DNA of 64,000 nucleotides from Eubacteriales bacterium (GTDB lineage: Bacteria; Bacillota; Clostridia; Oscillospirales; CAG-272). The position numbers and the translations under genes were made by a program. The notes beneath the pieces are model-generated. The model saw nothing but the letters and a program-made list of their open reading frames with translations. It was not told the origin of the DNA and did not search any database. The stretch's first letter is position 1. The number at the start of each line of letters is the position of its first letter. The stretch spans positions 3,352-67,351 of the forward strand of contig JAZKYO010000108.1 of the NCBI GenBank assembly GCA_045612185.1, in the 5' to 3' direction. This document shows, piece after piece, positions 54,852 to 63,638 of this stretch.

Positions 54852-56369
54852 ATGACAAAAACTCAAAAACTTTTATCACTTATTCTTGCGGCAATTATGC
54901 TGCTTTCCTGCCTTTCGGCATGCGGGGAACCCAAAGAACCTGTTGACACAGACCCCACAGACTACACCGAAAAAACCTTTCAAACTTACTCGGAAAACGG
55001 AGACTATTTTTTCAATACTACCGAGATTTTGAACTTCACAGACCTTCCAACAAAAGATATTAAGGGTCTCAGGCTTACAAGTCTCAACTCAAAATTTACT
55101 TTTGCGGCGCAGTGCGAGGGTAAGGTAAAACTTTATATATGGACGGATTCGGTTTCCGCGCCCTATCGTGACGTCGCGGTTAAAATAACGGTTGACGGAG
55201 CAAACGAAAAAACCGAAAGATGGCTGTCAAGCGGCGGCAACGCGCTTATCGCCGAAGTCCAAAAAGGAAATCACACCTTTACAATCGAAAAGCTTTCGGG
55301 CGGTGCCAACCTTTACATAGGTGCGGTCACCCTTTGCGGTGAGCTGACCGAAGCGCCGAGAGTCAACGTCGAAAACGGCGTATTTGTAGAAGTGTTCAAG
55401 CCAGCGGGCGGTGACGACGAATTCTGCTCATTCAACGTTTACACCCAAACCACGCATCCTTCAGGCGAGTATTACATCAGATACAATTTCGTGTACGAAT
55501 ATGATGATATAGACGAAACGCTTACTTGGGGTACCGGCTCCAACACCGGATCGAACCGAATGAACTACCGTATCAAGACCGCGCAGATAGTTAAGAAAAC
55601 CGGCAACCCGGGATTCCTTAACATACACAACATCCTTCAATCCGGAGAAATTTCTCTTGCAATTAAAGAGCGCAACTTGGAAACAGGCAAAAACGCCGGT
55701 GATTTCGTAGGCGGTTTCCACGGAGACGAAAATCTTAAAAACGCCTCTCTTGTACTTGACGGAAACAAAGAAATAGATCTTTATCAGGGAGAAGCAGGAT
55801 TCTACAACTGTTCCACCGTGGAATTCAAGCAATTCTCCACGATATGCCGTTGCCACACTCCGCTTGAGGCGGTAATGGACCACAACCAACACTATCTTAT
55901 CGACACAAACGGAATAAGACTCGATCAGCAGGTCGTATGGCTTTCGGGTGATTTCGCACCCACTCTTGACCAGACTTACCTTCAAATGTTCACGTTAGTA
56001 AGAACCAACCCCGACAAAACAGGTGATTTCCTTACAGACACCGTCACACTTCTTGATGAAAACGGCGGATTCCTTGCAAAATCAAAAGTTTCGGAAATCG
56101 ACCCAGGTGAAAAGGAAGGAATAATCGCATTGCAAAGATCCGACGCAAGATACGCCGAATATACGGGGGAGGAAAAAGGTATTTACGCAAAGGTAGGTTT
56201 CCAGTTCCCTGATTCAAACTGCACCATTCACACGGCGAGAATTTCGGTAAGAAAATACGGCGACAGCAAGTGGTATCCTTCATTCAAGGGTAAAACCGAC
56301 ACCCCAACCGTAGGCGAAGAGTGGAACGTATGCAGCTTCTACTACATTGACTACAATCCCGCTGAATAA
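54852..56369 (+). CDS. Uncharacterised lipoprotein: N-terminal beta-sandwich/CBM-like module plus a domain paralogous to 57872..58972
   Basis: The track ORF is trimmed to the ATG at 54852, 6 nt after GAGGAAG. Lipobox LLSCLSAC|GE. Blocks shared with the paralog: NYRIKTA, LQSGEIS, AGDFVGGFHGDEN, TYLQM, GDSKWY, YYIDYN. Confidence 0.8.
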   Translation: MTKTQKLLSLILAAIMLLSCLSACGEPKEPVDTDPTDYTEKTFQTYSENGDYFFNTTEILNFTDLPTKDIKGLRLTSLNSKFTFAAQCEGKVKLYIWTDSVSAPYRDVAVKITVDGANEKTERWLSSGGNALIAEVQKGNHTFTIEKLSGGANLYIGAVTLCGELTEAPRVNVENGVFVEVFKPAGGDDEFCSFNVYTQTTHPSGEYYIRYNFVYEYDDIDETLTWGTGSNTGSNRMNYRIKTAQIVKKTGNPGFLNIHNILQSGEISLAIKERNLETGKNAGDFVGGFHGDENLKNASLVLDGNKEIDLYQGEAGFYNCSTVEFKQFSTICRCHTPLEAVMDHNQHYLIDTNGIRLDQQVVWLSGDFAPTLDQTYLQMFTLVRTNPDKTGDFLTDTVTLLDENGGFLAKSKVSEIDPGEKEGIIALQRSDARYAEYTGEEKGIYAKVGFQFPDSNCTIHTARISVRKYGDSKWYPSFKGKTDTPTVGEEWNVCSFYYIDYNPAE

Positions 56370-56373
56370 GCAA

Positions 56374-56403
56374 ACAGCCGCGCACCGCGCGGCTGTTTTT
56401 TTG
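56374..56403 (+). terminator. Rho-independent terminator
   Basis: Stem ACAGCCGCGC/GCGCGGCTGT (56374-56383 with 56387-56396) followed by TTTTTTT. Confidence 0.85.
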
Positions 56404-56513
56404 AAAACCACATCAAAATATTGGCTTTGTAAGAAAAACGGACTTACAATTTTGTTTTTAAAAAAATCTTTGCTTTTAAGGGTTGTTTAAGCGGAAATCT
56501 TTTGTAAAAAGTA

Positions 56514-56542
56514 TTGCATTTTGAGAAAATTTATTGTATAAT
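56514..56542 (+). promoter_or_regulatory. Promoter of rhaA
   Basis: TTGCAT (56514-56519), 17 nt, TGTATAAT with the -10 at 56537-56542. Confidence 0.6.
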
Positions 56543-56579
56543 GATGTTGTAAAATTTTAGTTCAATAAGGAGAAATGTT

Positions 56580-57830
56580 ATGCAAAATATGTATTCTTAC
56601 GCTCGCGAAAAGTATGCTGCTATCGGAGTTGATACCGAGGCGGCTATCGCAAAGCTTTCTTCCATGCCCATTTCGCTTCACTGCTGGCAGGGCGACGACA
56701 TAAAAGGCTTTGATAACAAGAGCGAGCTTTCAGGCGGTATTCAGACCACAGGTAATTATCCCGGCGCAGCACGCAATCCCGAAGAGCTTCTTGCCGACCT
56801 TGACAAGGCGTTTTCTCTTATGCCCGGAAAGCAGAGACTTAACATTCACGCTTGCTACCCCATCTTCGCTGAAGGCGAGTGGGCTGACAGAGACGCGCTT
56901 GAACCCAAGCACTTCGCTAAATGGGTAGAGTTTGCAAAGGAAAGAGGACTTGGACTTGACTTTAACCCCTCTTACTTCTCTCACCCCCTCGCGGCTGACG
57001 GTCTTACACTTTCTCACCCCGATGAAAAAATCAGAAAATTCTGGATAAGACACGGTATTGCTTGTATCAGAATTTCCGAGTATTTCGCAAAAGAAACAGG
57101 AACGCCCTGTCTCATGAACATTTGGATTCCCGACGGATACAAAGATATTCCCGCTGACAGACTTGGTCCAAGAAAGAGATTTGCCGAGTCGCTTGACGAA
57201 ATTCTCGCTTGCGGTTACGACAAAAATCTCGTTTACGTAGCTCTGGAGTCCAAGGTTTTCGGAATTGGCGTTGAGTCTTATACCGTCGGATCTGCTGAAT
57301 TTGGCTTGAACTATGCCGCTTCCCGCGGAATTATGAGCCTTATGGACAACGGACACTATCACCCCACCGAGGTGGTTTCCGACAAGCTTTCTTCTATGCT
57401 TCTCTTCAACGAGAAGGTAGCGCTTCACGTAACCCGCGCTGTTCGTTGGGACAGTGACCACGTTGTTCTTCTTGACGATGAAACAAAGGAAATCGCCAAC
57501 GAGATAGTTCGCAACGACGCTTGTGACCGCGTACTTATCGCGCTTGACTACTTTGACGCGAGCATCAACCGTCTTTCGGCTTGGATTGTTGGTATGAGAA
57601 ACATGCAAAAGGCGCTTCTCTGCGCTCTTCTTACACCTCACGCTTGCTACACAAAGATGCAGGACGAGGGCAACACCACCGAGCTTATGGCTAAGCGCGA
57701 GGAGCTTAAGAGCTATCCTTGGGGCGAGGTCTGGGCAGAGTTCTGCCGCAGAAACGGCGTTATCGAGGACGAAAAGTGGTTCGACGAGATTAAGACCTAC
57801 GAAAAAGAGGTTCTTTCCAAGAGAGTTTAA
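56580..57830 (+). CDS. rhaA: L-rhamnose isomerase
   Basis: Collinear with E. coli RhaA as I remember it: HCWQGDD, GGIQTTGNYPG, LDFNPSYFSHPLAADG, NIWIPDG, ESKVFGIGVESYTVGS, HYHPTE, VRWDSDHVVLLDDET, DYFDASINR. Confidence 0.95.
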   Translation: MQNMYSYAREKYAAIGVDTEAAIAKLSSMPISLHCWQGDDIKGFDNKSELSGGIQTTGNYPGAARNPEELLADLDKAFSLMPGKQRLNIHACYPIFAEGEWADRDALEPKHFAKWVEFAKERGLGLDFNPSYFSHPLAADGLTLSHPDEKIRKFWIRHGIACIRISEYFAKETGTPCLMNIWIPDGYKDIPADRLGPRKRFAESLDEILACGYDKNLVYVALESKVFGIGVESYTVGSAEFGLNYAASRGIMSLMDNGHYHPTEVVSDKLSSMLLFNEKVALHVTRAVRWDSDHVVLLDDETKEIANEIVRNDACDRVLIALDYFDASINRLSAWIVGMRNMQKALLCALLTPHACYTKMQDEGNTTELMAKREELKSYPWGEVWAEFCRRNGVIEDEKWFDEIKTYEKEVLSKRV

Positions 57831-57840
57831 ACCTACATAA

Positions 57841-57872
57841 AAACGGCTGTCCGTTTGGACAGCCGTTTTCTT
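57841..57872. terminator. Bidirectional terminator between rhaA and the convergent paralog
   Basis: 12-bp stem AAACGGCTGTCC/GGACAGCCGTTT (57841-57852 with 57857-57868). Confidence 0.85.
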
Positions 57873-58972
57873 TATCTTTCTGAATTATAGTCGATGTAAT
57901 AGAGCAAGTCAAGATCCCACTCGTCGCCGTATTTGGGCTGTGACGTGGAATTCTTGGATTTGAAGGTGCAGTACCATTTATTGTCACCATGGGTTCTTAT
58001 CATGATTTTTGCCGACTGACATTCTGCCGAGTCGTTCAGAATTTTGAAGCCGACAAGACCGTAAACGCCCATATCACCGTTATACTCAACGGTGCGGTTT
58101 ATCTTCTCGGTTTCAACACCTGCCCAACCGAAATCACCCGAATTATAGTTCGAGGTATTAGCCTCATTTACAAGCTTTCCGCTTTCATCAAAGAACTTGA
58201 GATTATCGCAAATTCTTCCATCCTTTACGCCGTTATTAACGCGCCAGAAGGTACACATCTGCAAATATGTTCCATCATTATCAAGTGCGTATTTGCCGCC
58301 ATCCTCATAATCAAAGGTAACAAATTTAGCCTTTTGTCTATTGTGAACGCCAAAGGTATCAAATGTATAGCTTTGGCTATGCTCGATAATATTAACACCG
58401 GGAGTGTTGCAACGGTTTATAAACGTAGTTTGCTCAAAGGTTGCAACGTCACCGATATATTCCTTTTCCTCTTTTCCGTCGAGGGAAATCTCTACACCGT
58501 CAACGGTCAGTCTGACCATAGGCTTTCCGTCTGTGTATTTGATATTTTCGTCACCGTGGAAACCGCCTACGAAATCCCCTGCTCTGGCGCTTCTGTCAGC
58601 GAACATTTCCTTTGCCGCCATAGATATTTCGCCCTGTTGGAGAACGTCGCAAATCTTATCGTATCCATTTCCGTTCCATTTGCAAACGCACGCGGTTTTT
58701 ATGCGGTAATTGCTTCTGTTAAAGCCTCCGTTTGAGCCGTTGTACCAAGTAAGCGGAACGGCTTCATCTCCTTTGCCCCAAATCTCTCCGATAGCATTTT
58801 TTTCATAAATCAAGCAGTATTTAACGTAGCAACAGCCGCTTTTATCCGACGATTTTACATATACGTCGAAGCTACCGAAGTCCTGTCCCTCCTGTGCTTT
58901 ATGTAAAACCACCCTAATTGCCGATTTCTTTGCCGTAAGTTCTGTTCTTACTGAATATTCCTTCATAGTCAT
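57872..58972 (-). CDS. Uncharacterised cytoplasmic protein, paralog of the C-terminal domain of 54852..56369
   Basis: 366 aa with no signal peptide. It shares the NYRIKTA, LQQGEIS, AGDFVGGFHGDEN, TYLQM, GDNKWY and YYIDYN blocks with the lipoprotein. Confidence 0.8.
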   Translation of the reverse strand: MTMKEYSVRTELTAKKSAIRVVLHKAQEGQDFGSFDVYVKSSDKSGCCYVKYCLIYEKNAIGEIWGKGDEAVPLTWYNGSNGGFNRSNYRIKTACVCKWNGNGYDKICDVLQQGEISMAAKEMFADRSARAGDFVGGFHGDENIKYTDGKPMVRLTVDGVEISLDGKEEKEYIGDVATFEQTTFINRCNTPGVNIIEHSQSYTFDTFGVHNRQKAKFVTFDYEDGGKYALDNDGTYLQMCTFWRVNNGVKDGRICDNLKFFDESGKLVNEANTSNYNSGDFGWAGVETEKINRTVEYNGDMGVYGLVGFKILNDSAECQSAKIMIRTHGDNKWYCTFKSKNSTSQPKYGDEWDLDLLYYIDYNSER

Positions 58973-58983
58973 TCTCCTAAAAT

Positions 58984-59003
58984 GCCCCGACCGAGGTCGG
59001 GGC
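58984..59003 (-). terminator. Hairpin downstream of the SPFH gene
   Basis: GC-rich stem GCCCCGAC/GTCGGGGC, followed on the minus strand by AUUUUA. Confidence 0.6.
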
Positions 59004-59011
59004 TTATTTTG

Positions 59012-59983
59012 TTATTTTGTTTCTTTGGTTTCTTTTGCGATTTCGGTCAAGCCCGTTACCAAGCCCGCGAGAGACTGTATCTCTGAGGGAATGATGATCT
59101 TGGTCGCCTTTCCGTCTGCAGCCTTAGCGAAGGCTTCAAGGCTCTTTATCATAATAACCGCCTGCGAGGGATCAGCCTCATTTATCATTCTGATACCAGC
59201 CGCGTTAGCTTCCTGCACCTTAAGAATAGCTTCTGCCTCACCTTCAGCCTCGCGGATAGTTGCTTCTCTTACAGCCTCTGCCTTAAGAATAGCCGCCTGC
59301 TTTTCAGCCTCAGCTTCAAGAATCATGGACTGCTTACGGCCTTCGGCTACGAGGATAGCCGAGTTTCTTTCACCCTCAGCACGAAGGATAGACTCGCGGC
59401 GCTCACGCTCAGCCTTCATCTGCTTTTCCATCGCATCCTGAATTTCCTTGGGGGGAATAATATTTTTAAGCTCAACGCGAGTTACCTTAATTCCCCAAGA
59501 GTCGGTTGCTTCGTCAAGAATAGCACGCATCTTGGTGTTAATTATGTCTCTTGACGTAAGCGTTCCGTCAAGCTCAAGCTCACCAATAATGTTACGAAGT
59601 GTGGTAGAAGTAAGATTCTCAATAGCCGCCATGGGATTTGCATGTCCGTAAGCAAAGAGCTTACAGTCGGTAATCTGATAGAACACCACGGTATCTATCT
59701 GCATACGCACGTTATCTCGGGTAATAACCGGCTGAGGCGGGAAATCAACAACCTGCTCCATAAGGTTTATCTTAAGAGCTACTCTTTCAAAGAAAGGTAT
59801 TTTAAGGTGGAAACCGGTCTTCCACGTATCGTGATAAGTTCCGAGTCTTTCAACTACGTAAGCTCTCGCCTGCGGAACAATGTTAATGCAGGAAACGAGA
59901 ATAGCCAACGCGATAACAACCATCACTCCGATACCGAAAATAACCGGAGATGCCGCAAGGGGCGCCAATAATGCAAGTTTCAT
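59012..59983 (-). CDS. SPFH/Band-7 (stomatin-like) membrane protein
   Basis: N-terminal TM helix. SPFH core (IVPQARAYVVERLGTYHDTWKTGFHLKIPF...TRDNVRMQIDTVVFYQI). Ala/Glu-rich coiled coil. Confidence 0.93.
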   Translation of the reverse strand: MKLALLAPLAASPVIFGIGVMVVIALAILVSCINIVPQARAYVVERLGTYHDTWKTGFHLKIPFFERVALKINLMEQVVDFPPQPVITRDNVRMQIDTVVFYQITDCKLFAYGHANPMAAIENLTSTTLRNIIGELELDGTLTSRDIINTKMRAILDEATDSWGIKVTRVELKNIIPPKEIQDAMEKQMKAERERRESILRAEGERNSAILVAEGRKQSMILEAEAEKQAAILKAEAVREATIREAEGEAEAILKVQEANAAGIRMINEADPSQAVIMIKSLEAFAKAADGKATKIIIPSEIQSLAGLVTGLTEIAKETKETK

Positions 59984-60007
59984 AAAAACTCCTCCTGAAA
60001 TAAAATT

Positions 60008-60442
60008 TTATTTTTTGCGGCAAATAAGCTTAACGCCCGACACCGCAGTAATTTCAACAATAGCTCCGTCCTCGATAGGCTCTCCGTCCTCTGAACGTGC
60101 GCTCCAATATTTTCCGTCAACCTTTACGCATCCATCACCGCTTACATTGTCGATTTTCTCAACAACCACGGCGCTTGATCCTACAACAAGATCCAAATTG
60201 GTTGCTTTGGTCTTATCATTTGACAGTTTCTTTTTGAAAAAGAGCTGAGACATTATGATAAGTACAACGGACAATACGAAGAATATAAGCACCTGAACCC
60301 AAATCTCAAGCTGTAAAGACGCAAAAATCATACCCAACACTGCGCCGGGAACAAACCAGATTGATACCAACGCGGTAGTTGCGCCTTCGCACACAAGAGC
60401 GAGAACAATAACGGCCAGCCACACCCAAATCATAACCTCCAT
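60008..60442 (-). CDS. NfeD-family membrane protein (partner of the SPFH protein)
   Basis: The track ORF is trimmed to the ATG at 60442, after GGGAGG. TM helices are followed by a C-terminal OB-fold (VKVDGKYWSARSEDGEPIEDGAIVEITAVSGVKL). Confidence 0.88.
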   Translation of the reverse strand: MEVMIWVWLAVIVLALVCEGATTALVSIWFVPGAVLGMIFASLQLEIWVQVLIFFVLSVVLIIMSQLFFKKKLSNDKTKATNLDLVVGSSAVVVEKIDNVSGDGCVKVDGKYWSARSEDGEPIEDGAIVEITAVSGVKLICRKK

Positions 60443-60535
60443 AAGTATACCTCCCAATTCGATTAGGCTCTCCGTTTCCGGCTAAAAACGGAGGCAAGAC
60501 GCCACACATCAAAAAACTCTCCGCGCCTTTAATTA

Positions 60536-60564
60536 ATTATACCATACAGACTCAGAGTTGTCAA
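60536..60564 (-). promoter_or_regulatory. Consensus sigma-A promoter of the nfeD-SPFH operon
   Basis: On the minus strand: TTGACA (60564-60559), 17 nt, TATAAT (60541-60536). Confidence 0.65.
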
Positions 60565-60909
60565 CAAAAAGTATATTAATTTAATGTAAACATAACCGTT
60601 TTTTCAAGCAAGAAAAAGTGCTTTTGGGTGGCTGCTTCAAGTGTACTTCAAATTACCGCAAATGTCAAGCAAATATTACTTGACACTGTCAAGCACAGCT
60701 TGCGAAGCAAGAAATAACAATGTTTTACGGTGCTTTTTCCGAGCATTTTTCAGCCCACCGCACACGCTTAACATCAAAATAAATAATTTTCTTCTTTCAA
60801 GTTGTCGAAAATTTTACATTTCAACTATTGTATAATGTAGAAAAGTATGTTATAATAATATGTCAAAGTATAATCTGTTATACAATAACGCGAAAGAAAG
60901 GTGACTTAA

Positions 60910-62118
60910 ATGAAATATCTCGTTCTTATTCCCGACGGAATGGCAGATGAAAAAATAGAGGCATTGGGTAACGTTACACCAATGCAAAAAGCAAACAAAC
61001 CCTGCATGGACGCTTTGGCGAAGCACTCGCTTGTGGGTACTGTTTCCAACGTCCCCCAAGGTATGGTGCCCGAAAGCGACACAGCCAACATGGCTATTCT
61101 ATCCTTCGACCCCAAGATTTTTTCAAAAGGTCGTTCCCCTCTTGAAGCCATGAGCATGGGACTTGAAATGACCCCCACGCAGACGGCATACAGATGCAAC
61201 GTGGTAACACTCACCGAGGGCGGTGAGTACGAGGACAAGATAATCCTCGACCACTCGGCTGACGAGATCACCACGTCAGAGGCTGACGAGCTTATCAAAA
61301 CTCTTGATAAGGAGCTTGGCACGGATTACAGAAGATTTTACACGGGTGTCAGCTACCGACACTGCATACTCTGGGAAAACGGTGACGACAAGTACAACTT
61401 TATGCGCCCTCACGATATCCTCGGAAAGCGAATTGGAGAGTATCTTCCTAAATCAGAAAACGGAGGCGCTGAGTTCCTTGAGATAATGAAAAAGAGCTAT
61501 GATATTCTCAACAACCACCCCGTCAACGAGGCACGTCGCGCTCGCGGACTCAAGCCCGCAAACTCGATTTGGCTCTGGAGTCCCGGAAAGAAGCCGCAGC
61601 TTCCCTCTTTCGCTGACAAGTGGGGACTTAAAGGCGCCGTTATTTCCGCAGTTGACCTTATAAAAGGCATTGGTATTTGCGCGGGCATGAAATCCTTTGA
61701 CGTAGAGGGCGCAACGGGTAATGTTCACACCAACTACGAGGGCAAGGCACAGGCGGCGATTGATGCGTTTAAGGATGGCTACGAATACGTTTACGTCCAC
61801 GTTGAAGGTCCCGACGAGTGCGGTCACCGTGCAGAGCTTGAAAACAAGGTGCTTTCGGTTGAACTTATCGACAAAAAAATTCTCGCCCCCGTATATGAAT
61901 ATCTCACGGGTTGCGGCGAGGACTTCAAGATTATGATTCTTCCCGATCACCCCACACCTATTCGTATAAGAACCCATTCCATAGACCCCGTTCCGTTTAT
62001 GATATACGATTCACGCAAGGGTGGGGACGGCGTAGAGCAGTTCTGCGAAGAAAGTGCTGAATCAAAGAAATATTACATAGAAAACGGATACACACTCATG
62101 GATATTCTTGTTAAATAA
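60910..62118 (+). CDS. apgM: Cofactor-independent phosphoglycerate mutase, archaeal-type (ApgM family)
   Basis: MKYLVLIPDGMADE, VHVEGPDECGH and ILPDHPTP are alkaline-phosphatase-superfamily metal motifs in ApgM arrangement. Confidence 0.88.
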   Translation: MKYLVLIPDGMADEKIEALGNVTPMQKANKPCMDALAKHSLVGTVSNVPQGMVPESDTANMAILSFDPKIFSKGRSPLEAMSMGLEMTPTQTAYRCNVVTLTEGGEYEDKIILDHSADEITTSEADELIKTLDKELGTDYRRFYTGVSYRHCILWENGDDKYNFMRPHDILGKRIGEYLPKSENGGAEFLEIMKKSYDILNNHPVNEARRARGLKPANSIWLWSPGKKPQLPSFADKWGLKGAVISAVDLIKGIGICAGMKSFDVEGATGNVHTNYEGKAQAAIDAFKDGYEYVYVHVEGPDECGHRAELENKVLSVELIDKKILAPVYEYLTGCGEDFKIMILPDHPTPIRIRTHSIDPVPFMIYDSRKGGDGVEQFCEESAESKKYYIENGYTLMDILVK

Positions 62119-62130
62119 ATCTCTAAGGGT

Positions 62131-62724
62131 TTGAACATGAACAACGAAACAATCACAAAAAAATCAAACGGAATCTTATCTGCTGTTTTTGACATATTTG
62201 AGCTTTTCGTCATTGCAATTTGCATCGTCATCCTGTTTTTCACGTTTGGCGCAAGGCTTTGCAGGGTTAACGGAGACTCTATGCTTCAAACGCTTCACCA
62301 CTCCGAAATGCTTGTGGTTTCTGACTTTGCTTACACGCCAAAGCAGGGGGACATAGTTGTCTTTCATCAGACACACGAAACCAACGCGCGTCTTAACGAG
62401 CCTATTGTAAAGCGTGTTATTGCCACCGAGGGGCAGCACGTGTATATTGATTTTGCAACAGCAGAGGTTTACGTGTCAGATGACGATGCGTTTGACGAGT
62501 CGGACATAATTGAAGAAGATTATGATTATATCGACAACTCGCAAGGGGTTATCACGGAGCCGTACTACGCCCGTAACAAGACTTACGTTGTTCCCGATGG
62601 TTGTGTTTTCGTTCTCGGAGACAACCGAAACAATTCGCTTGACAGCCGCAGTTACGAAATTGGAATGGTGGATGAAAGGCGTATTCTCGGAAGAGTTATA
62701 TTCAAACTTCCAACTCTAAAATAA
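62131..62724 (+). CDS. lepB: Signal peptidase I
   Basis: N-terminal TM helix. Catalytic Ser box VNGDSMLQTL, Lys box VKRVIATEGQ, and GDNRNNSLDSR. Confidence 0.93.
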   Translation: MNMNNETITKKSNGILSAVFDIFELFVIAICIVILFFTFGARLCRVNGDSMLQTLHHSEMLVVSDFAYTPKQGDIVVFHQTHETNARLNEPIVKRVIATEGQHVYIDFATAEVYVSDDDAFDESDIIEEDYDYIDNSQGVITEPYYARNKTYVVPDGCVFVLGDNRNNSLDSRSYEIGMVDERRILGRVIFKLPTLK

Positions 62725-62741
62725 ACATCAAGGAGGACGTT

Positions 62742-63638
62742 ATGCCTTCGGAAAACATACAGTGGTTTCCCGGTCATATGGCGAAAACCCGCCGTCTTAT
62801 AACCGAAAATCTCAAAAACGTAGACATTGTAATAGAAATTCTTGACGCGCGTATTCCGTACAGCTCAAGAAATCCCGAAATCAACAGACTTACTGCGCAA
62901 AAGCCGCGCTTGGTTCTTTTGAACAAGGCATCTCTTGCCGACCCAAAACAAACCGAATATTGGTGTAGGCGGCTTTCGGGGGAAAACGTGCTTTGTATAG
63001 CCACCGACTGTATTGGCGGAAACGGTATTCAAAAAATAATGCCTGCTGTCCGAGAAATTCTTGCAGACAAGCTTGAACGCTATGAAAACAAGGGTATGAC
63101 TCGTAGGCTAAAGGCTATGGTGTTGGGCATTCCCAACGTAGGTAAGTCGTCACTTATCAACAAAATCTCGGGCAACGGCAAGGCAAAGGTTGAAAACCGC
63201 CCCGGAGTTACGCTTAACAAACAGTGGTTCTCTACAGGAATCGGGCTTGATATCATGGATATGCCCGGTATTCTTTGGCCCAAGTTTGACAACAGGAAGG
63301 TTGGAGAAAACCTTGCGATTACCGGTGCTATCAAGGACGCAGTGGTTGACATTGAGGCTCTCGCAGTTACGCTGTGCGGACGCCTCAGACAGCTTTACCC
63401 AGAGCTTCTTTGCGCCCGCTACAAGCTTGACAGCATCGAAAATTACGACGATCTTGACGATTACGACCTTTTCTGCCTTATAGGAAAAAAGCGCGGATTT
63501 CTCGTATCGGGCGGCGATATAAACACAGAGAGAACGGCAAACATGCTTCTTGATGAGTTCCGTTCAGCAAAAATCGGACGGATAACTCTTGACGGAATCT
63601 TTATAAAATACGACAACGTGGAGGACGAAAATGCTTGA
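62742..63638 (+). CDS. rbgA: Ribosome biogenesis GTPase A (YlqF/RbgA)
   Basis: [11 protein letters not shown]. Circularly permuted GTPase motifs LNKASL (NKxD-like), [12 protein letters not shown] and DMPG. Confidence 0.94.
   Translation: MPSENIQWFPGHMAKTRRLITENLKNVDIVIEILDARIPYSSRNPEINRLTAQKPRLVLLNKASLADPKQTEYWCRRLSGENVLCIATDCIGGNGIQKIMPAVREILADKLERYENKGMTRRLKAMVLGIPNVGKSSLINKISGNGKAKVENRPGVTLNKQWFSTGIGLDIMDMPGILWPKFDNRKVGENLAITGAIKDAVVDIEALAVTLCGRLRQLYPELLCARYKLDSIENYDDLDDYDLFCLIGKKRGFLVSGGDINTERTANMLLDEFRSAKIGRITLDGIFIKYDNVEDENA

Noticed and set aside
60641-60835. A 64-aa plus-strand ORF (GTG start) in the nfeD/apgM spacer.
   Set aside because: It has no RBS and its sequence is Ser/Asn/Phe-rich and non-protein-like. 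The region is better explained as regulatory repeats (see the finding on 60565-60830).
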